DNA of 64,000 bases from an uncultured Actinomycetes bacterium (lineage in GTDB: Bacteria > Actinomycetota > Thermoleophilia > UBA2241), in contig CAVYCN010000012.1 of the NCBI GenBank assembly GCA_963767005.1, forward strand, positions 1 through 64,000, given 5' to 3'. Shown here one piece after another: positions 55,792 through 64,000 of this stretch. Position 1 is the stretch's first letter. Every line of letters begins with the position of its first letter. The translations under genes were made by a program, and so were the position numbers. The notes under the pieces were generated by a model that searched no databases, had not been told where the DNA came from, and saw only the letters and a program-made list of their open reading frames with translations.

Positions 55792-56363
55792 CAGGGCGAC
55801 GCGACGTCGAGCGCCAGATCGAGCTGAAGCACGTTCACCGTGGGCTCGCCGAGGAAGCCGAGCTCGCGCCCGGCCGTGTGCTTCGCGATCAGGGCGAGCA
55901 CCGCGGCGACGCTCATGCCGCGAGCGGCCGCCACGCGCGGCGCCTGGGCGCGCGCGTTGGCGATCGTGATATCGGGGTCGAGCCCGCTGGCTGACGTCGT
56001 CACCATGTCGATCGGCACCTGTCCGAACCTGAGGCCGGGATCGGCTGCGATGTCGGCCTTGACCGCCGCCTTGACCCGGTCGGCGAGCGCCCTGCTCGTC
56101 GGGCCGAGGTTCGAAAACGACGAGTCCATCCCATCGTATCCCTTGCCCGCCGCGGAGGGTCGCGGCCAGAAGTAGCGCGGCGCGGTGAAGTCCTGACCGA
56201 TCAGGCTCGAGCCGATCACCACGCCGTTCTTCTTGATCAGGCTACCGTCGGCCTTGCCGGGAAAGACGACCTGGGCGACGCCGGTCATCGCCAGGGGGTA
56301 GATGATCCCCAGCAGGATCGCGCTCACGACCGTCATGCGAATGGCTGTCCAGACGTACTTCAC
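55791..56363 (-). CDS. kdpC: K+-transporting ATPase subunit C
   Basis: YPL..G..Q, GSSLIGQ, YFWPRPS, SNLGP, TSASGLDPDI, EPTVNVL. Confidence 0.96.
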   Translation of the reverse strand: MKYVWTAIRMTVVSAILLGIIYPLAMTGVAQVVFPGKADGSLIKKNGVVIGSSLIGQDFTAPRYFWPRPSAAGKGYDGMDSSFSNLGPTSRALADRVKAAVKADIAADPGLRFGQVPIDMVTTSASGLDPDITIANARAQAPRVAAARGMSVAAVLALIAKHTAGRELGFLGEPTVNVLQLDLALDVASP

Positions 56364-56374
56364 GTCACGCTCCC

Positions 56375-58501
56375 TCAGGTCGTCAGGTGGAGGGCCACCA
56401 GGATGAGGTCGATGATCTTGATGCCGATGAAGGGCGCGACCACGCCGCCCAGGCCGTACACGAGCAGATTGAAGCGCAGCAGGGCTGCGGCGCCGATCGG
56501 CCGGTACTTCACGCCGCGCAGCGCGAGCGGGATCAACATGACGATGATGAGCGCGTTGAAGATGACGGCCGACAGCACGGCGCTGTGCGGCGAGTGCAGC
56601 CCCATCACGTTGAGCGGGCGGAGCTGCGGGAAGGCGACCATGAACATCGCCGGGATGATGGCGAAGTACTTGGCCACATCGTTGGCGATGCTGAAGGTGG
56701 TGAGCGCCCCGCGCGTGATCAGGAGCTGCTTGCCGATCGCCACGATCTCGATGAGCTTGGTCGGGTTGGAGTCGAGGTCGACCATGTTGCCGGCCTCCTT
56801 GGCGGCCGACGTGCCCGAGTTCATGGCGACGCCGACGTCGGCCTGAGCCAGGGCCGGCGCGTCGTTCGTGCCGTCGCCGGTCATCGCCACCAGCTTGCCC
56901 TGCTGCTGCTCCGAGCGGATGAGCTCCATCTTGGCTTCGGGTGTGGCTTCGGCCAGGAAGTCGTCGACGCCGGCTTCCTTGGCGATCACGGCCGCCGTGA
57001 GCGGGTTGTCGCCCGTGATCATCACGGTGCGGATGCCCATGGCGCGCAGCTCGTCGAAACGCTCGCGGATGCCGCCTTTGACGATGTCCTTCAGGTGGAT
57101 CACGCCGAGCACCTGATCGTTGCGGGCGACCGCCAGCGGCGTGCCGCCCTGCAGCGAGACGGCTTCGATCGAGCGCTCGAGCTCGGTCGGCACCGTGCCG
57201 CCGCGCTGCCTGATCCAGGCGATGACGGCCTCGCCGGCGCCTTTGCGGATGGACTGACCGTCGAGGTCGATGCCGCTCATGCGCGTCTGGGCGGTGAACT
57301 CGACGAACGTCGCCTTGTCCGGGTCGATGTGCCGGGCGCGGATGCCGAAATCCTTGGCGAGCACGACGATCGAGCGCCCTTCGGGCGTCTCGTCGGCCAG
57401 CGAGGCGAGCTGCGCCGCGTCGGCCAGCTCGGCCTCGGTCACGCCCGGCATGGGGATGAACTCGGCCGCCTGCCGGTTGCCCAGCGTGATCGTGCCGGTC
57501 TTGTCGAGCAGCAGCGTGTCGACGTCGCCGGCGGCCTCGACCGCGCGCCCGCTCGTGGCGAGCACGTTGTGGCGCACGAGGCGGTCCATGCCGGCGATGC
57601 CGATGGCCGCGAGCAGGCCGCCGATCGTGGTCGGGATGAGGCAGACGAGCAGGGCGATCAGCACCGTCGGCGACTGCGGCGCGTGGTCGTAGATGGCAAA
57701 CGGCTCGAGCGTCATGATCACGATCACGAAGATGATCGTGAGGGCGGCGAGCAGGATGGTGAGGGCGATCTCGTTGGGCGTCTTCTGGCGCTGCGCGCCC
57801 TCGACCAGGCCGATCATGCGGTCGAGGAAGCTTTCGCCCGGGTTCGTGGTGATCTCGACCCTGATCTGATCGGAGAGCACCTTCGTGCCGCCCGTCACGG
57901 CGCTGCGGTCGCCGCCGCTCTCACGGATCACCGGGGCCGACTCGCCGGTGATCGCCGACTCGTCGACCGAGGCGATGCCCTCGATCACCTCGCCGTCGCC
58001 GGGGATCACCTCGCCGGCGCTCACCAGGACGATGTCGCCGCGACGAAGCTGGCCGGCCGGCACCTGGGTGACCGTGCGGTCGGTCACGAGGTTGGCGTAG
58101 GTCTCGGTGCGCATCTTGCGCAGGGCGTCGGCCTGGGCCTTGCCGCGGCCCTCGGCCATGGCCGTCGCGAAGTTGGCGAAGAGCACCGTGAACCAGAGCC
58201 AGCCGGTGACGGCGCCGACGAAAGCGGTGTCGGAGCTCGAGTGGACGAGGCCGAGGACAAAGTAGTAGCTCGTGATGACACTGCCGACCTCGACCACGAA
58301 CATGACGGGGTTGCGCGCGACGTCGCGCGGATCGAGCTTGCGGAACGAGCTCGCGATAGCCGGCCAGACGAGGCCCTTCATCGAGGCCTCGTTGCGGATC
58401 GTCACACGCTCTTTGCGCGGCTCCGGCTCGGGCGGCGTGACGGGCAGCGGTCGACCCTGCTCGTCGTCGGGCACGCCGGGCTCCTGTCGTTCGTCAGTCA
58501 C
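56375..58501 (-). CDS. kdpB: K+-transporting ATPase subunit B
   Basis: [52 protein letters not shown]. Confidence 0.98.
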   Translation of the reverse strand: MTDERQEPGVPDDEQGRPLPVTPPEPEPRKERVTIRNEASMKGLVWPAIASSFRKLDPRDVARNPVMFVVEVGSVITSYYFVLGLVHSSSDTAFVGAVTGWLWFTVLFANFATAMAEGRGKAQADALRKMRTETYANLVTDRTVTQVPAGQLRRGDIVLVSAGEVIPGDGEVIEGIASVDESAITGESAPVIRESGGDRSAVTGGTKVLSDQIRVEITTNPGESFLDRMIGLVEGAQRQKTPNEIALTILLAALTIIFVIVIMTLEPFAIYDHAPQSPTVLIALLVCLIPTTIGGLLAAIGIAGMDRLVRHNVLATSGRAVEAAGDVDTLLLDKTGTITLGNRQAAEFIPMPGVTEAELADAAQLASLADETPEGRSIVVLAKDFGIRARHIDPDKATFVEFTAQTRMSGIDLDGQSIRKGAGEAVIAWIRQRGGTVPTELERSIEAVSLQGGTPLAVARNDQVLGVIHLKDIVKGGIRERFDELRAMGIRTVMITGDNPLTAAVIAKEAGVDDFLAEATPEAKMELIRSEQQQGKLVAMTGDGTNDAPALAQADVGVAMNSGTSAAKEAGNMVDLDSNPTKLIEIVAIGKQLLITRGALTTFSIANDVAKYFAIIPAMFMVAFPQLRPLNVMGLHSPHSAVLSAVIFNALIIVMLIPLALRGVKYRPIGAAALLRFNLLVYGLGGVVAPFIGIKIIDLILVALHLTT

Positions 58502-58504
58502 GGC

Positions 58505-60235
58505 TCACCCACCGAACAGCTTGCCGGCGTTCATCAGGAAGTGCTCGACGATGGGGCCCAGGGCGAAGGCCGGGAACCAGGTCAGCGCGCCGACGATGAG
58601 GATCACGCCGACGAGCAGCACGACGAAGATGCCGCCCGTCGTGGGGAACGTGCCGGGCGACGGCGGCACCGACTTCTTGCCGGCCAGCGAGCCGGCCAGG
58701 GCGAGGCACGGGATGATGAAGAAGTAGCGGCCCCACATCATGCAGAGGCCGCCGATCGTGCTCCAGAAACGGCCGCTCGCGGTGAGGCCGGCGAAGGCGC
58801 TGCCGTTGTTGCCGGTCTGCGAGATCGTGCCGTAGAGGATCTCGGACAGGCCGTGGGGCCCCGCGTTCAGGGCGGCGTCCTTGCCGGCCGGCACGACCGC
58901 GGCCAGGGCGGCGAAGCCCAGCGCCGTGACGCAGAAGTAGAGCACGGCAAGCGAGGCGAGCTTCATCTCGCGGCCTTCGATCTTCTTGCCGAGGTATTCG
59001 GGCGTGCGGCCCACCATGAGCCCGGCGATGAAGACCGCCAGGATGGCGTTGACGAGCAGCCCCATGATGCCGACCCCAACGCCGCCGAACACCACCTCGC
59101 CGAGCGCGATGTTCAGCATGGCCATCATGCCCGCCAGCGGCGTGAGGCTGTCGTGCGACGCATTGACGGCGCCGCACGACGTGTCGGTGGTCGTCGTCGC
59201 CCACAGGACGGAATCGGCGATGCCGAACCGGACCTCCTTGCCCTCCATGTTGCCGCCGGACTGGGTCGCCGTGAGCTTCTCGGTGGCGCCCGCCTTGGCG
59301 AGGATCGGGTTGCCGCGCTGCTCGCTCGCGTACATCACGCCCACGCTGATCAGGAGGATGACCATCGCCGCGGCGAAGAGCGCCCAGCCCTGTCTCTGGT
59401 TGCCGGCGTACCGTCCGAACGTGTAGGTGAGCGCGACGGGGATGGCCAGCAGCGCGAGGTCCTCGATGAAGTTCGTGAGAGGCGATGGGTTCTCATACGG
59501 ATGCGCCGAGTTCGCGTTGTACGTGCCGCCGCCGTTAGTGCCGAGCTCCTTGATGATCTCCTGCGAGGCGAAGGGGCCCTGGGCGATGGTCTGCACTGTG
59601 CCCTGGACGGTAACGGCGTGGGTCGGGCCGTTCAGGTTCTGGACGACGCCCTGCGACACGAGAAACAGGCCACCGACGATCGAGATCGGCAGCAGGACGT
59701 AGAGGAAGCTGCGGGTCATGTCGACCCAGAAGTTGCCGAGGTGGCGGCCCGAGTGGCCGGTGACGCCGCGGATGAAGGCGACGGCGACGGCCATGCCGAC
59801 CGCGGCCGACACGAAGTTCTCGCGCGCCAGAGCGAGCATCTGCGAGAGGTAGCTCACCTGGCTTTCGGGCACGTAGACCTGCCAGTTGGTGTTGGTCGCG
59901 AAGCTGATCGCCGTGTTGAACGCGACCGTCGGGCTCATGTCGGGGATGTGCGCGGGGTTGAAGGGCAGGTGACCCTGCAGACGGAGGATCACGTACATGA
60001 AAAGCAACACGGCGAGGTTGAACACGAGCAGCGAGACGGCGTAGGCGGTGACCCCCATCTCGCGCGTCTCGTCGACGCCGCACAGCCGGTAGATGAGACG
60101 CTCGACCGGCTTGAGCGCGGGGTCGAGGAACGTGCGCTCGCCGCGGAAGACGTGAGCCATGAAGACGCCGAGCGGCTTCGCGATCAGCGCGAGCAGCACG
60201 ACGTAGAGGACGATCTGCGCTATCCCCCAGCCCAT
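58505..60235 (-). CDS. kdpA: K+-transporting ATPase subunit A
   Basis: SFATNTNWQ, KELGTNGGG, GNMEGKEVRFG, MVGRTPEYLGKKI, NNGSAFAG. Confidence 0.98.
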   Translation of the reverse strand: MGWGIAQIVLYVVLLALIAKPLGVFMAHVFRGERTFLDPALKPVERLIYRLCGVDETREMGVTAYAVSLLVFNLAVLLFMYVILRLQGHLPFNPAHIPDMSPTVAFNTAISFATNTNWQVYVPESQVSYLSQMLALARENFVSAAVGMAVAVAFIRGVTGHSGRHLGNFWVDMTRSFLYVLLPISIVGGLFLVSQGVVQNLNGPTHAVTVQGTVQTIAQGPFASQEIIKELGTNGGGTYNANSAHPYENPSPLTNFIEDLALLAIPVALTYTFGRYAGNQRQGWALFAAAMVILLISVGVMYASEQRGNPILAKAGATEKLTATQSGGNMEGKEVRFGIADSVLWATTTTDTSCGAVNASHDSLTPLAGMMAMLNIALGEVVFGGVGVGIMGLLVNAILAVFIAGLMVGRTPEYLGKKIEGREMKLASLAVLYFCVTALGFAALAAVVPAGKDAALNAGPHGLSEILYGTISQTGNNGSAFAGLTASGRFWSTIGGLCMMWGRYFFIIPCLALAGSLAGKKSVPPSPGTFPTTGGIFVVLLVGVILIVGALTWFPAFALGPIVEHFLMNAGKLFGG

Positions 60236-60247
60236 GACCCCCGGCCC

Positions 60248-60337
60248 TTAGAAGCGCTCCGGACGGAGCAGTGCGTAGAAGAGGTAGAGGATGAGGACGA
60301 AGGCGACGATGCCGAGGACGAGGTACGCGACGTTCAC
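60248..60337 (-). CDS. kdpF: K+-transporting ATPase subunit F (29 aa)
   Basis: Below the ORF-track cut-off; MNVAYLVLGIVAFVLILYLFYALLRPERF with the YL..ALL.PERF signature; AGGAG RBS. Confidence 0.92.
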   Translation of the reverse strand: MNVAYLVLGIVAFVLILYLFYALLRPERF

Positions 60338-60347
60338 GTGCACGCTC

Positions 60348-60431
60348 CTACAGCCGCGGCGCGATGCGGGCGTAGCCGAACGAGAGCGCGAAGAACGCGA
60401 CGACGACCAAGAGATACACGAGATCACCCAC
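60348..60431 (-). CDS. 27-aa hydrophobic peptide upstream of kdpF
   Basis: MGDLVYLLVVVAFFALSFGYARIAPRL; GGGGAG RBS; its stop overlaps the kdpF RBS. Confidence 0.75.
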   Translation of the reverse strand: MGDLVYLLVVVAFFALSFGYARIAPRL

Positions 60432-60568
60432 GCCTGCGACTCCCCAAGACTCCTGTCGGCGAGCGGACTCCCCGCGTGCGCCGCGGGCAGCCTACCCAGA
60501 AACTCGTACCTGCTTAACCTGTGAGCGTGCCGCCCGCCGATTGCTCGACGACGACACGAACGGCAGGC

Positions 60569-60634
60569 AGCCTACCCGCCCCCACGTAAGGAGCGCGTGA
60601 ATGAACGGGCTCGCGGTGTGAAGAATGCGTAAAG
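60569..60634 (-). promoter_or_regulatory. putative KdpE-activated kdp promoter
   Basis: CTTTACG-N4-CTTCACA (60617-60634), ATTCACG-N4-CCTTACG (60585-60602), -10 TAGGCT (60569-60574). Confidence 0.7.
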
Positions 60635-60678
60635 GTCTTAACACCCGCCACGCAGTCCCTGCGACAGCCGCAGACGCA

Positions 60679-60717
60679 AGCGGGGCGGCGCGCCCCTACG
60701 GGCGCGCCGCCCCGCTG
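60679..60717 (-). terminator. hairpin downstream of the 60761-61000 ORF
   Basis: AGCGGGGCGGCGCGCCC-TAC-GGGCGCGCCGCCCCGCT. Confidence 0.65.
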
Positions 60718-60760
60718 CTTTCACACGACGGCCGAGAAAACCGGCGCCGCCGGCCGCCCT

Positions 60761-61000
60761 TCAGGACGACGCGGCGTGATGATGTCGCGCGATGCTCGGC
60801 CGTAGGCCTTGGGTGATGGCGACGCGGGCGCCATGCGACGCGGTGCGGGGCTCCGCGACCGCGCTCGCGCGCCGGCCGTCGGATGCGGCGCGCTCACGCA
60901 CCGTCACGTAGACGAGGTAGGCGAGACAGGACACCACGGCCAGTAACGCCAGGGCGAACACTCCGTCGATCACGGCGATCCCCAGATCGGTCATGCTCAA
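60761..61000 (-). CDS. small single-pass membrane protein
   Basis: GAGGAGG RBS; TM GVFALALLAVVSCLAYLVYV; has its own boxed promoter. Confidence 0.7.
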   Translation of the reverse strand: MSMTDLGIAVIDGVFALALLAVVSCLAYLVYVTVRERAASDGRRASAVAEPRTASHGARVAITQGLRPSIARHHHAASS

Positions 61001-61030
61001 GCGCCTCCTCGCGAGAACTCCACGATGGTC

Positions 61031-61203
61031 AGGCTACCCAGGCACTCGTTAAGGGTCCGTGAAGAGGGCTTGTCGCACCGTTAAGGAACCCTAAAGGCGC
61101 GCGGCTGGGTCTCGCCGGGACGCTCGACGGCGGCCGCCTTTCGGCACTCTTTATGACGCCGCCGAGGTGCTTCACGCGTCCTTAAGCACGTCCGGGGGAT
61201 GGT
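61031..61203. promoter_or_regulatory. divergent pair of putative KdpE-box promoters
   Basis: Minus strand: boxes 61079-61096 and 61047-61064, -10 TAGCCT at 61031-61036. Plus strand: boxes about 61138-61155 and 61170-61187, weak -10 GATGGT. Confidence 0.65.
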
Positions 61204-61239
61204 GGTCGCAGGCAAGTCGGTCCTTCAAAGGAGCAAACG

Positions 61240-61662
61240 ATGAAGCACATCGTGGACACCTCGAGAGCCGCCCGCGCGGGCCTGCTCGCGCTCGGCGCCT
61301 TCGCCGTGGTGTCCGTGGTCGGAGCCGCGCCGCCGCTGGCCATGGGCTTCTCGGCGCTGCGCACGCCCGGGCGAGGGCTGTCTCTGCCCGTCCAGGGCTC
61401 GAGCGGAGGCGTGTCGTGGCTCGGCATCGTCGTGCTGGTCGCGATCGTCGCCGGCGCGACGGCCTTCGGCGTCAGCGGCTGGCGCCACAGCCGGCGGACC
61501 GCGCAGTCCGTCGCATGGGACGTTTCGACGGACGGGTCATCCGACAGGACCGCGCCGCCCGAGCCGACCGTGCGCCCCTCGGCGTCGAGGCCGCTGCCGA
61601 GCCGCGCCCCGGCCGGCGTACACGCGCGTCGCGTCGGTGGCCGGCGCGACCAGAGACTGTAG
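61240..61662 (+). CDS. hypothetical membrane protein (signal-like N-terminus plus one TM)
   Basis: AAAGGAG RBS; two hydrophobic segments. Confidence 0.65.
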   Translation: MKHIVDTSRAARAGLLALGAFAVVSVVGAAPPLAMGFSALRTPGRGLSLPVQGSSGGVSWLGIVVLVAIVAGATAFGVSGWRHSRRTAQSVAWDVSTDGSSDRTAPPEPTVRPSASRPLPSRAPAGVHARRVGGRRDQRL

Positions 61663-61811
61663 AGGCGAAGGCCCAAGAGGCGGTACCCGCGAGCGGCGTG
61701 CAAGGATCCAAAGCACGGAGGCGCTGCAGGACAGCCTGTGAGAGCGCCACGCCGTGGGCGGGACCTGGCTCGAGGCCGCCGGACCGCGAGGTCCGGCGGC
61801 CTCGACCCGTG

Positions 61812-62555
61812 TCAGACGAGCTCGCCGCCGGCGTCGCCCTGAGCGTTCGGCGCGGGCTCGGGGACCGAGAGCCGAAAGCCGACCCCCGGTTCGGTGATGA
61901 TGTAGCGCGGACCCGCCGGCGAGGGCTCGATCTTCTTGCGCAGATGGCTCACGTGCACGCGCAGCGTCTGCGCGTCTTCGACCCACTCCGGACCCCAGAC
62001 GTGCTCGAGGATCATCTTCTGCGTGACCACGAGGTCGGCGTTGCGGGCCAGGAACGCGAGGATGTCGAACTCGGTGGGGGTGAGGGCGACCTCGGCGCCG
62101 GCCAGCGTGACGCGGCGGCGCGCGATGTCGATCGACAGGTCGCCGGCCACGACGACCGGCGGCGGCGAGGTGAGCGCCGCCGCGCGCCGCAGCAGCGCGC
62201 GGATGCGGGCCAGCAGCTCGCCGGCCGAGAACGGCTTGGTCAGGTAGTCGTCGGCGCCCTCGTCGAGCGCCTTGATCTTGTCGGCCTCGGCGGAGCGCAC
62301 CGACAGGATGAGGATCGGGGCCGTCATCCAGGTGCGCAGCTCGCGACAGACCTCGATGCCGGTGCGGTCGGGCAGCATGAGGTCGAGCACGACGAGATCG
62401 GGGGGGTCGTCGATCGCCTTGATCAGCGCCTCTTCGGCGGTGGAGGCCAGTGAGAGCTGATAGCCGCGAGAGCCGAGGATCGACTGCAGAGCGCGACGGA
62501 TCTGCTCTTCGTCGTCGACGGCGAGAATGCGTGTCGGCCGCTCGGGAATGCTCAT
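61812..62555 (-). CDS. kdpE: OmpR-family response regulator KdpE
   Basis: VDDE.QIRRAL, LDLMLPD, ILSVR..E.DK..ALD.GADDYLTKPF, LTPTEF, VWGP, LRVH...LRKKIE, TEPGVGFR. Confidence 0.9.
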   Translation of the reverse strand: MSIPERPTRILAVDDEEQIRRALQSILGSRGYQLSLASTAEEALIKAIDDPPDLVVLDLMLPDRTGIEVCRELRTWMTAPILILSVRSAEADKIKALDEGADDYLTKPFSAGELLARIRALLRRAAALTSPPPVVVAGDLSIDIARRRVTLAGAEVALTPTEFDILAFLARNADLVVTQKMILEHVWGPEWVEDAQTLRVHVSHLRKKIEPSPAGPRYIITEPGVGFRLSVPEPAPNAQGDAGGELV

Positions 62556-62681
62556 CGCCCTCCTCCTCGTCCTCGTGTGCCGTGCCGGGCGCTCCGTGAC
62601 CCGGGGCCTCCGCCGGCGGGCTGCGCCGCTAAGCATGACACTCGCAGACGTTTCCCGGAATGTCGGGCTTCGTGTCCGCCC

Positions 62682-62747
62682 CTTTAGTCACCTTTAACGA
62701 CGCGACCGGGCCCCTTTAGCCGTTCGCAACGAGGCCCCGGGTAGCCT
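62682..62747 (+). promoter_or_regulatory. putative KdpE-box promoter
   Basis: CTTTAGT-N4-TTTAACG (62682-62699), CTTTAGC-N4-CGCAACG (62714-62731), -10 TAGCCT (62742-62747). Confidence 0.65.
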
Positions 62748-62793
62748 GAGTTCGATGCCGGCGTCACCGGTGTCCAGGACTGGGAGGACCACC

Positions 62794-63069
62794 ATGATGA
62801 GTGTCATCGAGATCGCCGCCGTCTTCGCGGTCGCCATCGTCGCGGTGGTCGCCGTCTATTCCCTCCACACCAGGTCGCTCGCCCGCGAGGTGGACCGCGC
62901 CCGACGCGATCGCCTGGTCGCTCTCGCACGCTCGTGCCCGACCGGCGAGCAGGCCGCTCCGCTCGAGCAGCACCTGGCGCCCGTGCTGCAGTTCTCGATC
63001 GCGCAGCTCCACTGGGCGGAGCGCTCGAAGACCGAGCGCCCCGCCGAGCTCATCAAGGCCGCGCACTAG
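62794..63069 (+). CDS. small single-pass membrane protein
   Basis: GGGAGG RBS; N-terminal TM IAAVFAVAIVAVVAVY. Confidence 0.7.
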   Translation: MMSVIEIAAVFAVAIVAVVAVYSLHTRSLAREVDRARRDRLVALARSCPTGEQAAPLEQHLAPVLQFSIAQLHWAERSKTERPAELIKAAH

Positions 63070-63790
63070 CGCCCACCGCGGCCGTCGTGCGCCGGGTGTC
63101 GTAACCGACACCGAGCGTCGCCGATGGGCCGGGACAGTACACGAGCGGATACGCGGCGGCCAGAAGATCGTCCCAACTCTTCGTCGCGCGGCGCGCGATC
63201 GCGGCCGACGGCACGCCCGGACGACCGGCGCGCCAGGCTTCGTAGCGCACCACGCTCGGGTACCTGCCAAGCTCCCGCCAGGCGGCGGCGATCGCCTCGA
63301 CTACGTCCGTAGGGCCGTAGGTCGCGCGAGGACCGCTGCGTACGTTGGTCGGGAGACCGGCTTGCGCCAGCGCCCGACGCCAGCCGCCAAACCTCAGCCT
63401 GATCACTTCGGGTCCCGGGTGCCGACGGCCGTCGCTGTCCCGCAGCGCCCACGCGCGATACGGCTCGATGGCCACCGGAGTGACCAGCTCGAGGGCCGCC
63501 GCACGCAGTGCATCCAGCAAGTCCTCGTCAGAGTAGATCGAGCTTGTGGTGCGCCGCGCGCGTCGCAGCACGCGGGCCTCGGGCACGCGCAGGTCGACGA
63601 GCCGACGCACGTGGGCCGTCCGCAGCCCGAGGGCGCTGGCCGTCGCGACGTCGCTGCGCAGTTCGAGGAAGGTCGCGACGATCTCGTCCTCGCGGCCCTC
63701 GACCGCTTGCCGGTGGCGCTGTTCCCGGAGGGGCACCGCTTGCACATCGTGGCGCGCGGTAGGCGTGAGGGGCATTGCCGCGAGGGTCAC
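63053..63790 (-). CDS. homing-endonuclease-associated-repeat protein, two repeats, no nuclease domain
   Basis: YSDEDLLDALRAAA..Y..W..P....IRLRFGGWRRALAQAGL and a second Y...DVVEAI....ELGRYPS..RYEAW..PS....W..LL repeat. Confidence 0.7.
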   Translation of the reverse strand: MTLAAMPLTPTARHDVQAVPLREQRHRQAVEGREDEIVATFLELRSDVATASALGLRTAHVRRLVDLRVPEARVLRRARRTTSSIYSDEDLLDALRAAALELVTPVAIEPYRAWALRDSDGRRHPGPEVIRLRFGGWRRALAQAGLPTNVRSGPRATYGPTDVVEAIAAAWRELGRYPSVVRYEAWRAGRPGVPSAAIARRATKSWDDLLAAAYPLVYCPGPSATLGVGYDTRRTTAAVGASARP

Positions 63791-63849
63791 GCTCCGGTCT
63801 CTCCGATCCGCGTCCGGGCAACGCTACGCGCGGTGCCTCGTGGGAGCGA

Positions 63850-63915
63850 AAGATACTCCCGCCCACATTGCAGCGGTCTAAAGGTCGGCGCGCGCCGCGT
63901 TAAGGCCGCATAAAG
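63850..63915 (-). promoter_or_regulatory. putative KdpE-box promoter
   Basis: CTTTATG-N4-CTTAACG (63898-63915), CTTTAGA-N4-TGCAATG (63866-63883), -10 TATCTT (63850-63855). Confidence 0.65.
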
Positions 63916-64000
63916 CCCGCGGGGGGGTGGGCCGCAGCCTACCGCCCCCGCGGGCCGGAGTGCGGGAGAACCGCCCTCAGGCGCCGAGCACGTTGTGCAC

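Noticed and set aside
56387-60517. 1376-aa plus-strand ORF, and many similar long shadow ORFs such as 37290-40526 and 33416-35818
   Set aside because: Antisense or off-frame to well-supported genes; stop-codon scarcity in very GC-rich DNA; no recognisable motifs.
60432-60568. c-di-AMP (ydaO) riboswitch in the kdp leader
   Set aside because: The conserved ydaO motifs (GCTGAATC, GGAACC, CCCGTCAGCTAAC) are not seen; an Rfam scan would settle it.
63977-64000. 3' end of a minus-strand gene (...VHNVLGA*) followed by a hairpin
   Set aside because: Only 7 codons are visible, so it cannot be identified.

Overview
Very GC-rich bacterial chromosome segment. Gene content and codon style suggest an actinobacterium; this is inferred, not proven. 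I found no rRNA, tRNA, CRISPR array, transposase or prophage. The window has four parts. (1) 1-22.5 kb holds housekeeping, envelope and stress genes: glnS (5' part), a 7TM-PAS-GGDEF-EAL protein, ftsH, a GT-C-like membrane protein, an orphan ABC substrate-binding protein, a GH3, a sigma-70 factor, uppP and a YqjG-like GST. It also has two Cys-rich DUF2795-like paralogues and a frameshifted gene remnant. (2) 22.5-41.1 kb is a DeoR/GntR-associated catabolic island. It encodes a sphingosine-1-phosphate-lyase-like PLP enzyme, an FLVCR/SLC49-like MFS transporter, two FGGY kinases, ALDH, SDR, GlpD-like and G1PDH-like dehydrogenases, a HAD-IIA phosphatase and an unknown barrel protein. A class II aldolase/class III aminotransferase fusion in the island is split by a frameshift at a 17-nt tandem repeat. 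(3) 41-50 kb holds clostripain, a glycogen-debranching-like GH, a Clp-fold protease, MoxR/VWA and TetR. (4) 50-64 kb is a potassium island: two TrkA/RCK proteins, a Na+/K+-ATPase-like P-type pump, an N-terminal-only KdpD, kdpFABC with an extra upstream peptide, and kdpE. Six promoters in this island share one architecture: paired CTTYAYG-N4-CTTAACG-like boxes 32 bp apart, then 10 bp, then a -10 hexamer. This points to a probable KdpE regulon that also covers three unknown small membrane proteins and an HNH-associated-repeat protein.
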